From the human T2T-CHM13v2.0 reference genome, Homo sapiens: 64,000 nucleotides of DNA. The notes under the pieces are model-generated. The model saw nothing but the letters and a program-made list of their open reading frames with translations, had not been told where the DNA came from and did not search any database. The DNA is taken from NCBI RefSeq assembly GCF_009914755.1, contig NC_060941.1. One strand, 5' to 3'. Below are positions 24,476 through 38,518 of this stretch, piece after piece. The translations under genes were made by a program, and so were the position numbers. Position 1 is the stretch's first letter; each line of letters opens with the position of its first letter.

Positions 24476-25230
24476 TGTACTGGGTTGAATAGTGTCACCC
24501 CAAAATCATATCTGCTTGGAACTTCAGAATGTGAGTTTATTTGGAGACAGGGTCTTTGTAGATAATGTTAGTGAAGATGGGGTTGTATTGGATTCGGGTG
24601 GGCGCTAAATCCGATAACTAGTGTCCTTTTTTTTTTTGGAGACAGAGTCTCGCTCTATCCCCGAGGCTGGAGTGCAGTGGTGCAATCTTGGCTCACTGCA
24701 ACCTCCGCCTCCCGGATTCACGCCATTCTCCTGCCTCAGCCTCCTGAGTAGCTGGGATTACAGGTGTGTGCCACCAGGCCTGGCTAATTTTTTGTATTTT
24801 TAGTAGAGATGGGATTTCACCATGTTGGCCAGACTGGTCTTGAACTCCTGACCGCAGGTGATCCACTCGCCTCAGCCTCCCAAAGTGCTAGGATTACAGG
24901 CATGAGCCACCACACCCAGCTCTAGTGTCCTTCTCAGAAGGCCATGTGAAGGCACAGACACGCATGTGAAAGAATGCCCTGTGATGACAGAGGCAGTGAC
25001 TGGAGCAGTGCAGCTGCAACCCAGAAAATCTCAAGAATTGCCAGGAACCATCAGAGGCCAGGAGAGGCAGAGAAGGGGTCTTTCCTAGAGCCTTTGGAGG
25101 AGCATGGCATTGCTGACACCTTGATTTTGGACTTCAGGTGTCCAGAACTGTGCAAGAATAGATTTCTGCTGTTTTTAGCCAGCTGGTTTGTGGTAATTTA
25201 TTATGGCATCCCTGGGAAATGATGAATACA
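24476..25230 (+). mobile_element. MLT1 (MaLR) LTR interrupted by an Alu
   Basis: tgtactgggttgaatagtgtcacccc ... gacaccttgattttggacttc ... gaataca. Confidence 0.78.
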
Positions 25231-25317
25231 TTTTCCTTTGCAGGAGAGGAGCCCTAGGATGTGTGACACATCCAAGGTCATGTAATCGACTGGTGGCCAA
25301 TCCCCTATTCCAATTTA

Positions 25318-25622
<305 letters not shown>

Positions 25623-26641
25623 TCAAAAACTAAACAAGCAAAAAAGTTAAAAAAAGTTAATTTGCTTTCCAGCATTGTCATCCTTTCTGAATGTGGAAAT
25701 AAGGTTTCTTTTCTATTGCCAAAGTTCATTCTGAAGAAAGAATTCTTTTCCTATTGAATTATGAAATATATATGAAGGGACAATTTGGGCTTTAGAAATA
25801 CTTTGGACTCTGAAGTTTTTCAATAGATTTACTGCTGGTTCTTTGATATTCCAAAATATTCTCTTTTTTGTCTTTTTTTTTTTCTTTTTTGTGGAGAATG
25901 GGGTCTTGCTATATTGCCCAGGCAGGACTTAAACTCCTGGGCTCAAGCAATCCTTCTGCCTCTGCCTCCCTAAGTGCTGGGATTACAGGCATGAGTCACT
26001 GCACCTGGTCTGGTATTCCAAAACATTCTAATAGCTTATTACTTTTGAGAGATGAGGGCTACCCCCTTCAAATGTTGAAATCACCATTTGTTTCCTTATT
26101 CTGAGCAATTTTCTGAAGGTAAGCCGAGTCTTGCTGGGGATATTGAATGTAAAACTGTCTTTAAAGTAGATCCTTTGGTAAGAAATGTATTGATCACTAT
26201 TTTGGGGTTTTAACTGACATCAAATAATATGAAGCATATGTGAGTTTTTAATTATTTAGAAGTTCCTAACCCTTTTTTGGACCCTATCTCCCTTCAAGAA
26301 ACTGATAAAAGGCCAGGCGTAGTGGCTCACACCTATAATCCCAGAATTTGGGAGGCTGAGGCAGGAGTTCTATCACTTGAGCCCAGGAGTTTGTGACCAG
26401 CCTGGGCAACATAGTAACACCCTCATCTCTACAAAAAAATTAAAAATTAGCTGGGTGTGGTCGTGGGCACCTGTGGTCCCAGCTTTGGGAAGCTGAGACA
26501 GGAGGATTGCTTGAGCCCGGGAGGTCAAGGCTGCAGTGAGCCATGTTCACACCAGTGCACTCCAGCCTGCGTGACAGAGCAAGACTCTTTATCTCAAAAC
26601 AAACAAAGACATGGATAAAAGCTATGGATTCTCTCCCATAG

Positions 26642-26862
<221 letters not shown>

Positions 26863-27028
26863 TAGTAGAGATGGGGTTTCCCCATATTGAGGCTGGTCTC
26901 GAACTCCTGACCTCAGCTGATCCACCCACCTCAGCCTCTCAAAGTGCTGGGGTTACAGGCGTGAGCCACCGCGCCCGGCTGCACCTACTCTTAGAGAATT
27001 CTCAGGCCCCACGCCTTACCCCAACTTC

Positions 27029-27750
27029 TGTTACCAGTGGTGAATCCAATGGGTCTGCAGCAAACTTGATGCTTGCCTTCTCAAAGACAGAACTCAGCTG
27101 AGGGGCAGAGGTGGTTTTAAGTGGTTTTAAGGCACAGGGAGAGACCAAGGCAAGTTTTAGAGCAGGAGTGAGAGTTTATTAAAAAGTTTTAGAGCAGGAA
27201 CAAAAGGAAGTACACTACACTTGGGTCAGGCAGGCAACTTGAGAGATCTAAGTGCCCTGCCTGACCCTTAACTTGGGGTTTTATGTATTTGGCATAGTTC
27301 TGGGATTTACGTCTCATCTCCCCTGATTCTTCCCTTGCAGCAGGCTGTCCGCGTATGTGGTGACCTGCCAGCACTTGGAAGGGGTCGCATGCACAGTGTG
27401 ATTACTGAAGTTGCGCGCATGCTCACTTGAGGCATTTTTCCCCTTACCAGTCGTGCGTTCCCAGAGGAAGGTAGGTCATATACTGGTTAAATTCCGCCAT
27501 TTTGCCTCTTGGTGCGCATGCTCCAGGCTGCTTGCCCAGCTCCTGAGATCTTATCGGGAAGCGGCTGATCACCAGATCAGGGTGTTTTGTATCTATTGAG
27601 AGACTGTCCTTGCTTGGAGCTGGCTGCAACCAATTATTATTTTACAGAGACAGTTTAACAACCACCTGACCATCACCTGATGGTAGCCTGACATTCCTGT
27701 GGGGGCCCTCACCTGTCCTGCTCATGTTTGCCTAGCTCCCTACTCTAACA
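27029..27750 (-). mobile_element. Solo ERV1 LTR, MER50-like
   Basis: TG...CA termini (tgttacc...taaca) and near-TSD cttc/tttc. Minus strand begins TGTTAGAGTAGGGAGCTAGGCAAACATGAGCAGG, like MER50. Internal YY1 motif CCGCCATTTT at 27494-27503. Confidence 0.8.
27175..27180 (-). terminator. Distal polyadenylation signal AATAAA within the LTR
   Basis: Plus-strand tttatt at the LTR poly(A)-signal position, in the same orientation as PECAM1. Confidence 0.7.
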
Positions 27751-28542
27751 TTTCCACTCTGTGGACCCCAGGTTGAGATCTTCTGCAGGGAAGACTGTCC
27801 TCAAATAGCCTGCTGGGGAGACATCTCCTTCCCGTTTACCTTTCCATTTGCCCTTGCGGTGTTAGGCAAAGGCTGAAGCTGGCCTCTGTGGCAGAGGGTT
27901 TCTTCCCAACACGCCAATGACGCTGGTGGAGAGTCTTAAAAACAGCTGTGCTGGGGAGAGTTCTTGGTGTGTACCTTTCAGAGACCTCCTCCTTAAGACT
28001 CTCAAAGACTGAGTCAGGCCAGTGGGAGCCTGGCAGCAATTCTTAGGGGACAGTGACAGCTTTTTGAGGAGGACTAATTGGCTTCTAGGGCTGGAGGCCA
28101 CTTGGGTCTGACAGACTGCCCTGCTGCCATCCCTCCAGGGCACCCCCCACTCCCTTGCCTCAGGGCCTTCCTGCACTTCTTCCTTTTGTCCTCAATGTTC
28201 TTCACCCCACCTTTTCCACTGGTACCCTCTGCCTATGGTCAAGGCTTTGGTGAGACCCACTTTCCTCTTAGACCTTCCTGGATCCCCCAAAGTCTGTGTT
28301 GGAAGCCCCTCCCATGTGCCCTTGTTTGAGCTTTTAATTTTCCACCATGACGCTTGTCACACTGCTTTGTAATTGGCTCTCTGTTAGTCTGCATCTCTAC
28401 TGGGTTGTACCTTCCAGGAGGACAGCTGCCATGTGACTCTTGTAATCTTCCCACCGCCAACACCCAGCACAGCGTCAGGAACACAGAGCATGATGAGCAC
28501 AAGCTTGTTGAGCAAACAGACAAATAACTGGATGCTTCTGTG

Positions 28543-28752
28543 CAGAGTTTCTCAACCTGGCCATTATTGGCATTTGGGACTTGATCATGCTTGGTCGTGG
28601 GAGACGGTTCTGTGCCTGTAGGATGTTTAGGAGCATGCTTGGTTTCTACCCACCAGATGCCGGGAGCACACCCACCCAGCTGTGACAACCAAAAATGTCT
28701 CCAGACACCATTCCAAAACCAGCGGGAGACAAAATCGCCCGACAGTCGTTGC
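28543..28752 (+). mobile_element. MER20 DNA transposon in the PECAM1 long 3' UTR
   Basis: cagagtttctcaacctgg ... gtgacaaccaaaaatgtctccagaca ... caaaatcgccc. Confidence 0.8.
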
Positions 28753-29175
28753 TTTAGTGAGTGAATGTTGACCTAAGCGTCACTTCGCCTGTCTTGAGTC
28801 TAGGTCGGGGAGTGGGTTCAGTTAGCCAATCAGAGAACGCTGATGGGGCGACCAGTATATGCTCATGAAATGGGTGGCTGACCTCTTGGGGTCAGAAGAG
28901 GGAAAAGTTTTACTGTGTGTTGGCTAAGGACCATTTTAAGTCCTTCAGTGACCGATTACCACATGAGAACACAAGAGGGCGCTCTAACTAATGAGTTCCG
29001 CGGCCGAGAAAACTCCTGGAGTGGGTGCTCCTGGGATGCTTCAGGTTTAGACACCGGGGTTACGGCAGCTGCCGAGGAAGGCTAAAGCCAGCGTCCTGGA
29101 TTCAGACAGACCTTTTAGCCATTAAATCCACTAAGAAAGATCCCTGCGCATGAAGTTTCCTCCTCGGAAATATAG

Positions 29176-29525
<350 letters not shown>

Positions 29526-29827
29526 TCAGTCGTGCTGCATAAGTAAGGCACCAGGAGTAGGAATAGGGTCTTTGCAGCTCCCGTGGCAATTGCCCTTCTC
29601 TGGTGGTGGCAAGGGACTAAGGAACTCCCTGGACACAGGGGATCTGGCTGTCCCCAGATCATCAACAGAGACATGAAGGTCGTTAGAGGTCGTCTGATCC
29701 TTTGACCTCAATCTGAGCCCACCACTCAGAAAACCTGGAAATTGTATGACATTTTCGTGATACAACTCGGTGTGTGTGTGTTGGGGAAAGGAACCAACAG
29801 CTTTCATCATATTGTCAAAAGAGTCTA

Positions 29828-30146
<319 letters not shown>

Positions 30147-30262
30147 TAGACCTGCTCGGTTCTCTCTGTGACTTCAGAGGCCCAAGGAGTCCTCAGCACT
30201 ATAGATGCATGTGGCCCCTCAGAAGACAACATTTCACAGATCTGCAAAGAGCAAAGGTCAAA

Positions 30263-30272
30263 TTTATTTAAT
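30263..30272 (-). terminator. Proximal polyadenylation signal (overlapping ATTAAA/AATAAA)
   Basis: Minus strand reads TGTATTAAATAAATTTG, with UGUA immediately upstream and a GU-rich TGTTGTCTT downstream. Confidence 0.8.
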
Positions 30273-30453
30273 ACAACATCCACGAGGGTCCCTGCAGCTG
30301 TGTCACTGAGGCAAACAGGAAAAGTGATTTTGGCTAGGCGTGGTTCTCATCTGTGAAATTCCACAGCGCAATGACAGCAGCCTCTCTCCCACCCACTCAA
30401 GACACTGTCAGGAATGTCTTAAGACCTCAGGAGACCACTTCTTTAGCAAGCAA

Positions 30454-30746
30454 TTTTGTTTTTTGTTTTTTTTGAGATGGATTCTCACTCTGTCACTCAG
30501 GCTGGAGTGCAGTGGCGCGATCTCCGCTCACTACAACCTCCGTTTCCTGGGTTCAAGCGATAATCTCACCTCAGCCTCTTGAGTAGCTGATACTACAGGC
30601 ATGCGCCACCACGCCCGGCTAATTCTTGTATTTTTAGTAGAGACAGGGTTTCATCAGGCTGGTCTCAAACTCCTGACCTCAGGTGATCCGCCCACCTCAG
30701 CCTCCTGAAGTGCTGGGATTACAGGCGTGAGCCACCTTGCCTGCCC
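30454..30746 (-). mobile_element. Alu (S-like), sense in the PECAM1 3' UTR
   Basis: T-rich tail followed by gagatggattctcactctgtc ... gtgagccacc. Confidence 0.9.
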
Positions 30747-31555
30747 TGGCAAGGAATACATTTTTAAAAATTAGTAAGAAACATACACATTTCAAGTTTT
30801 CAATTAAGAATAATATTTGCTGATGGCACCATCTTCCTGTCTTTCAGCCTTCAGCATGGTAGAGGAAAAGAGAAAGAGTGTAGACAAAAACAGTTGAAGA
30901 ACATCTGTGCTTGTTCCACCTTCATTTTCTGTTTTGTGCGTTGCCTGAATGAACGGTGTCTTCAGGTTGGTATTTCACAGGCGGTGCTCCCAAGTAGTCT
31001 GGTTTTCCCATTTGTGGAGGGCGAGGTCATAGAGGGGACAGGGGGAGGCTGTCTGGTCAGCACTGTGTATTTCCAAAGAACAAGGACTAGCCAAAACTAC
31101 AAGCCTTTGAAGGACCAAAGGAAAAGAGAAAAAACCAGCCTCTAACCAGGCCATGCGCTAGAAATGATTGAGTATAAAAAAGAAAATTGGTTTCTGTGTA
31201 TGAGGGTGCATGGAAAAGGTCTTTATCTCTGCACAAAACAAAATATTCAAGTTTCAGAATATCCCAATGGCCTTGCCCTGGATCTCCTCTTGTGCTCTTC
31301 CAATTTCCAAGGATGTTCCAACTTGGTGGAAGGAGGGTATGTGGGAAATTCAACAGCCCCTCTGTATCTCTTTCTACCCAACATTAACTTAGCAGGATGG
31401 ATTTAAGAACCGGCAGCTTAGCCTGAGGAATTGCTGTGTTCTGTGGGAGCAGGGCAGGTTCATAAATAAGTGCACAGAGGTCTTGAAATACAGGGATTAT
31501 CTGTTCTTCTCGGAACATGGATGTCCTTCCAGGGATGTGCATCTGGCCTTGCTGT

Positions 31556-31585
31556 CTAAGTTCCATCAAGGGAGCCTTCCGTTCT
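31556..31585 (-). CDS. PECAM1: PECAM1 exon 16 coding part: RTEGSLDGT-stop
   Basis: CTACAG|AGA ACG GAA GGC TCC CTT GAT GGA ACT TAG, the known CD31 C-terminus. Confidence 0.97.
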   Translation of the reverse strand, partial: RTEGSLDGT

Positions 31586-32436
31586 CTGTAGCGACAAGAA
31601 ACAAGGCAAGTTATGATCACACCTCTCAAGATTGAAGATTGCCCTGGTGGAGAGAAATGCAAAATGACAGCACTTCTCAAAGAAAATGCAAAGCAGGGCT
31701 GTCACACACTGGTCCCCCACCCTGCAGGGTTCTCTCTGTGACTTCAGAGGCCCAAGGAGTCCTCAGCACTACAGATACACGTGGCCCCTCAGAAGACAAC
31801 ATTTCACAGATCTGCAAAGAATAAAGGTCAAATTTACTTAATACAACACCCACCAGGGTTCCTGCAGCTGTGTCACTGAGGCAAACAGGGAAAGTAATTT
31901 TGGTTAGGTGTGGTTCTCACCTCTGAAATTCCACAGCACAATGACTGCAGCCTCTCTCCCACCCACTCAAGACATTGTCAGGAACGTCTTAAGACCTCAG
32001 GAGACCACTTCTTTAGCAAGCAATTTTTTTTAGATGGATTCTCACTCTGTCACTCAGGCTGGAGTGCAGTGGCGCGGTCTCTGCTCACTACACCCTCCCT
32101 CTCCTGGCTCCTGCCCGTATGTATTTCTCCTTCTCTCCATGCCTGCTCTGTAGGGACCATAGCCTCTGTCCCTGCATACATGTTGGACATCAATCACATC
32201 AGTCCACCAAGTAACTTCATCAAGCACCCATGTACGCCCAGCACAGCGTCCCAAGGGTGCCCCACTTACCCACAGAAGAAGAAAGGCAACTTTGTAAGAG
32301 ATCTGACTTCTAGCTCCAGTTCTGTCTCTAGCTAACGTGAGATGTACCCGTTTGAGGCCTGTTTTTTAATTTTGAAAATGAAGGACTGAACTTAGATGGT
32401 CCAACTGAAATGTTTTAAAATGATATGATTCTACCT

Positions 32437-33327
<891 letters not shown>

Positions 33328-33370
33328 TTAGGCATACATGGTGGTGTGCACCTGTAGTCCCAGCTACTCA

Positions 33371-33469
<99 letters not shown>

Positions 33470-36400
33470 TCATCTCAAAAAACACACAAACAAACAAAAA
33501 AAGCAAAAAAACACCCACAAAAGGATTCCTGGATTCCTTCTGCCATCCTGTAGTGCTCTTTAACAGCTTCAAATGGTATTTGTGTCACCTATCCACCTAT
33601 CAGTGCCTGGACCCTTATCTGACCCACACTGTTCTCTATGCTGGGGATGCAAGAAGCTGTCCCCAAGAATTTTATATTGTATCAATTATTGATAAACAAC
33701 ACCACTATGAAGTAGAAGGTATAAGAGGTCTCAACAAACTGCAGAAGGGGTTCAGAGGCACTGAGAGGGCTCTGGGCTGGGCAGTGGGGGATTCACAGAA
33801 GCAACTCTGGAGTCAGCCTAAAGATTGGATTTTGACAAATGGAAGGAGCCCTTGGAGGGAAAAAGAGCAGGGCCTGCTGGGAGATACCAGAGTAGAGGGG
33901 GGCCCTGGGCAACAGTGGGCCCTGAAGAGCAGGCAGCACCTAAGTCCACTATTCTGGACCCTCCATGTGCACAGGACACTCTGCTGCAGGTGGAACTCAG
34001 CAAGGCAGAAGCTGGAGATGGAGGATGACCCAGGGTCTTGGGACCTCCACAGCCAGCCTGGCTGGCTTCCTGAGGGTGAGCTGGGATAGTGTCTCCATTT
34101 TGTTTCAGCCCTGCTGGGTCCAAGGACCCTTGGGGAACAGGATGCAGGGCCGAGGTGCCCCAACTAGAAAGCCAAGGCTCTGGCCCCTCCTCTGCCAGGA
34201 GAGCCCCATGCAAGTGGGCCAAGCAAGCCGTGCTGGCCCCAGAGGCTGGAGGCCTGCCAGCGCCGGCAGCCACCCTGCCCTATTTCCTCTGCTCTGCCTG
34301 GATGGGGGAGACATGACTCTGGTGTCCAGCCTTTCTGTGGGCCCCAGACCAAGTCCCTCCCCAGACACCTCCGCTCTCTCTCTGTGGGGGCAGCCAATGC
34401 CTGGGGCACCATTGCAGAACCAAAGCCACAGACAGGAAGGGCTGGGCCACAATCAACAGGGCCTTAGGGATTTTGAAGTAAAGGTTAACACGCTCACATC
34501 CAAGGTCTGGGCTTGCTGTGCTTAAATCAGAAGCCAGCCATCAGCCACCCAAGTGCAGTTGTGAAATCGCCCTGCCTTGTACCCGGAATATGGTGTGGTC
34601 TCCCTCAAAGGTCATTTTGATTTCAACACACCCTGGGATCTCTAGTTCCTGCTTCTACAAAGTGCTCCTGTGGGCACTTGCAATAGACCAGGTCTATGCC
34701 AGGTGCTCATTCAACCCTTGCAACAACCAAGTGAGGGAGTTTATGATTCCCAGTTTACAGATTAGGAAGCAGAGGTCTTGAGAGGCCAAGAAATTTGCCC
34801 ATGGTGACATGGCTAAGAAGTGGGAAGTCAAGTGTTAATGTGGGTCTCTGATTCCTAAGTCAAAGCCTGGCCTTGGTTGAATCCTATGCCTTGGGTAAGC
34901 AACTGCTACATTCTCCATATGTGGCAGGGTCATTTCATGGCCAAATCAAGTTAAGTCCCCCATCCACACCTACTATTGCCCAAGTGATGAAAAGAGCTTG
35001 AGATCAACCAGCTTTTATATGGTGGTTTGCAGCTTGCAGCTTTTATATGGTGGTTGCAGTTGCTCATTTCATCCTTAAAATCCTAATAGGTTGCTCTTAT
35101 CATCATTGTCATCACCATCTCCACTTTATAGATAAGGAAGCTTGAGCTTGAGGAAGACAGGCTCACCCAAAAGACAGCTGGAAAGCTGGAGCTCCCCTCC
35201 CATCCCCTGATCCTAGCACCTGGACAGTTTCCACTGTAGCCCAGCTGCCTCCTGGCCTCCAGGAAGGGGGGAGGCGAGCTATAGCTGCCAATTGCCTTTC
35301 TTTCTGTAAGAAGGCAGGGTCCTTTCCAAGATCCCAAGACTCTCACAAGTCCAGATTCACCCCTTTCATTTAAGTACAGGGTGTTCTCTTCCATGCTATC
35401 TGTCTGCGTCGGCCACACACACAATTTATAAACAAGGTAAAAATGGCAGAGGAAAAATGAAGTCAGAATGTGCCATTGAAGCAAGTCAAACAATACCAAA
35501 TTAGTCTTTGGCTACGTGGCTATCTCATTGTTAAGATATTTCCTCCAATGTTTTCAGAGGCAACGGCCATTAAACAACTGGGAATGATCGCCAGGTTTGA
35601 TTTCAGGAAGGAAATCTCCTCCCATTTCCCCACTGGGCAATTCAATTAATTTTCTCCTGACCCACACCAGCTGATTATTAGGGAAGCTATACCTGCTTCT
35701 TTTATAAACAAAACCCATTTGCTTAAAGGTTCAAAATTCCTTTCCCAACGGCTGGAAACCCTGTGCTCCCATCAAATGACTCTATTCTTTTTTCTGGGGG
35801 GACAGGACCAGTCATGGGTGAGCTCTCAGAACCATCCTGGGAGCAGACTTTGAGGCCCAAGGGCCAGCTTCTGGGTAAAGTTCTGTCTGGCCTGGAGCTC
35901 CAAGCCTTTGTCCAGAGACACCCTTTGGATCCAAGACAAAGTAAATAAGTTGGTCCTACAGGGTGTTTTGGGTGGACCCAGCCATGTTTATCGCTTCAGG
36001 AGAACACATCTGTGTCCCGCACTGCCCAGGGAGCAAAGACCTCATTTTCCACTCTCTCAAAGCCATTATTGCTGGGACAGCAACTTCACATCTTGGAGGG
36101 AGTCTCTGTCGTGACAGAGGACTGGCCGCAGAGTATAGAGGCCTGGGCTCTGTTCCTCACTCTATTAGCCATCCAGGTGACCCCAGACACGCTATTCTAC
36201 CAGTGCAGGCCTCAGTTTCCTCATCTGTAAATTGGGCTCCTTGTCCCAGTGACACGATAGTCTCTGATTTCAGGAGTCTGAGTGGGTTTTGGCTAGGAAA
36301 AAAAACAACCATTCATTTCATTCCTCTTTTCCTTAAATTCATAGCTTTCTTCCATAAAAAGAATGTCAGTGGCTTCCTGTCTGTCAAAGGCATAATGAGC

Positions 36401-37439
36401 TCTGTTTTACAAGAGTCCAGACATGGGCAAAACAAAGGAAGCCAGGGGCCCACTGGAAGAGCTACCAGAAATCTTGCTGAAAGTTCTTCCCAGACCTAAA
36501 AGAAGTTTATGCGGCAAATGCCTCATTTCTTCAGATATTAGCTGCCCAGTTAACTCCTGCATTGCTGGGTAGCTCACAAAAAGGTTGGGATTGGAAGACA
36601 CGTCTTTGCAAAAGTTGAACGTGGGCCTCTGTGTCTTTCATAAACCCTCCCATCTGCCAAATAGCAGATTCCTAACTCCATTTCCTACAGAATGAAGCTT
36701 CTTAACAAGGCATGTAAATCCTTTGGATTTAAGCCCTGACTTATCTTTCTCCCGTCACTTGTCACTGTCACACTCTTCTTTTCCCATCCCACACTGCTTG
36801 AAACTGGTCATCCCTCACCCTTGTGCTCCTGCTGATCTTTCTCCCTCAATGCTGCCATCACTCCATTCATTCTTCATGGCCCATTCCAAATGATTCCTTG
36901 GGGAAGAGGCCACTAGCTAGGTCTCTGTTCTGTGTTCCCATAGGCTCTGGCATAGCTCACTTTGCTTTATGATAAGTGATCACATGTCTGATTCCCTCAT
37001 CAGAAGGTGAACTGAGGTCAAGAAGCTTGGGTGTCTCCTGCAGCTGATGGCCTGGTGTGTAGGGGGTAATTAGAATCGGCTAAATTGCAATGAGCTGTCA
37101 GCTGCTCCACTCCTCCAAGCATACACCCTAGATCTGCCTCACTTCCAGAGCCTAGACTTTGGCGTTAAACGAAATGTGTGCTTTGCTTGTTTGGCGCTAA
37201 GCACCCCAGAGTCCCAATCCCTTCACGTGTGGGCTGAGATGTAATGATGGAAATTGCAGGAGAGAATATTCGAAATCAGAACTGGCCAAGGCTAGTCAGA
37301 GAAGCCCAGGGCTTCTGGTCTGAAACAGACTAGGGAGCGGGGAAGAATTCATGTGAATGCAGGACATGGGTGAGTCTGGAAATATTTCACTGTTCAGTGG
37401 AGTACTTTTGAATATAATGTATATGAAATGTGTACTTAC

Positions 37440-37462
37440 AGAGTATCTGCTTTCCACGGCAT
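37440..37462 (-). CDS. PECAM1: PECAM1 exon 15, 23 bp: (D)AVESRYS
   Basis: TTTTGTAG|ATGCCGTGGAAAGCAGATACTCT|GTAAGT; peptide is visible in ORF 37296..37532. Confidence 0.96.
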
Positions 37463-37780
37463 CTACAAAACAAAGGATGACATGGCAGTGAGCAACGCAA
37501 ATAACCCAGTTCAACTGCCCCAACAACATCACAGGGTCAGGAGCAGGTCGAGAAAAGAGGGAGGAGGCGAGAGCCAGGAGACATCAGCCGGCAGGTGCCC
37601 TTAGAGGTTTATGGCTCCTTTGTGCAAGACAGCTTCCCCGGGACCCTCTAGCTCCACATGACATGCGCATAAAGTCCCTGGCACTTCATTTAAAATTTTC
37701 TTTATTTTTTATTTTTTGAGACAGAGTCTCGCTTTGTCACTCAGGCTGGAGTGTGGTGGCGCCATCTTGGCTCACCGTAA

Positions 37781-38071
<291 letters not shown>

Positions 38072-38099
38072 TAAACAGTTTTTTAGAAATGTAGTATCA

Positions 38100-38518
<419 letters not shown>

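Larger units (their letters stand above)
30151..32098 (+). repeat. Direct duplication of about 380-390 bp: 30151-30541 and 31721-32098
   Basis: Colinear at 1570 bp offset; by eye roughly 90% identical. Confidence 0.95.

Noticed and set aside
33553-34525. Several overlapping 115-186 aa ORFs on both strands
   Set aside because: GC-rich intronic DNA with few stop codons; no homology that I recognise and no exon structure.
35010-35060. Short tandem duplications (about 35010-35058; also about 52988-53021 and 56318-56378)
   Set aside because: Ordinary two-copy slippage duplications, not arrays; nothing CRISPR-like.
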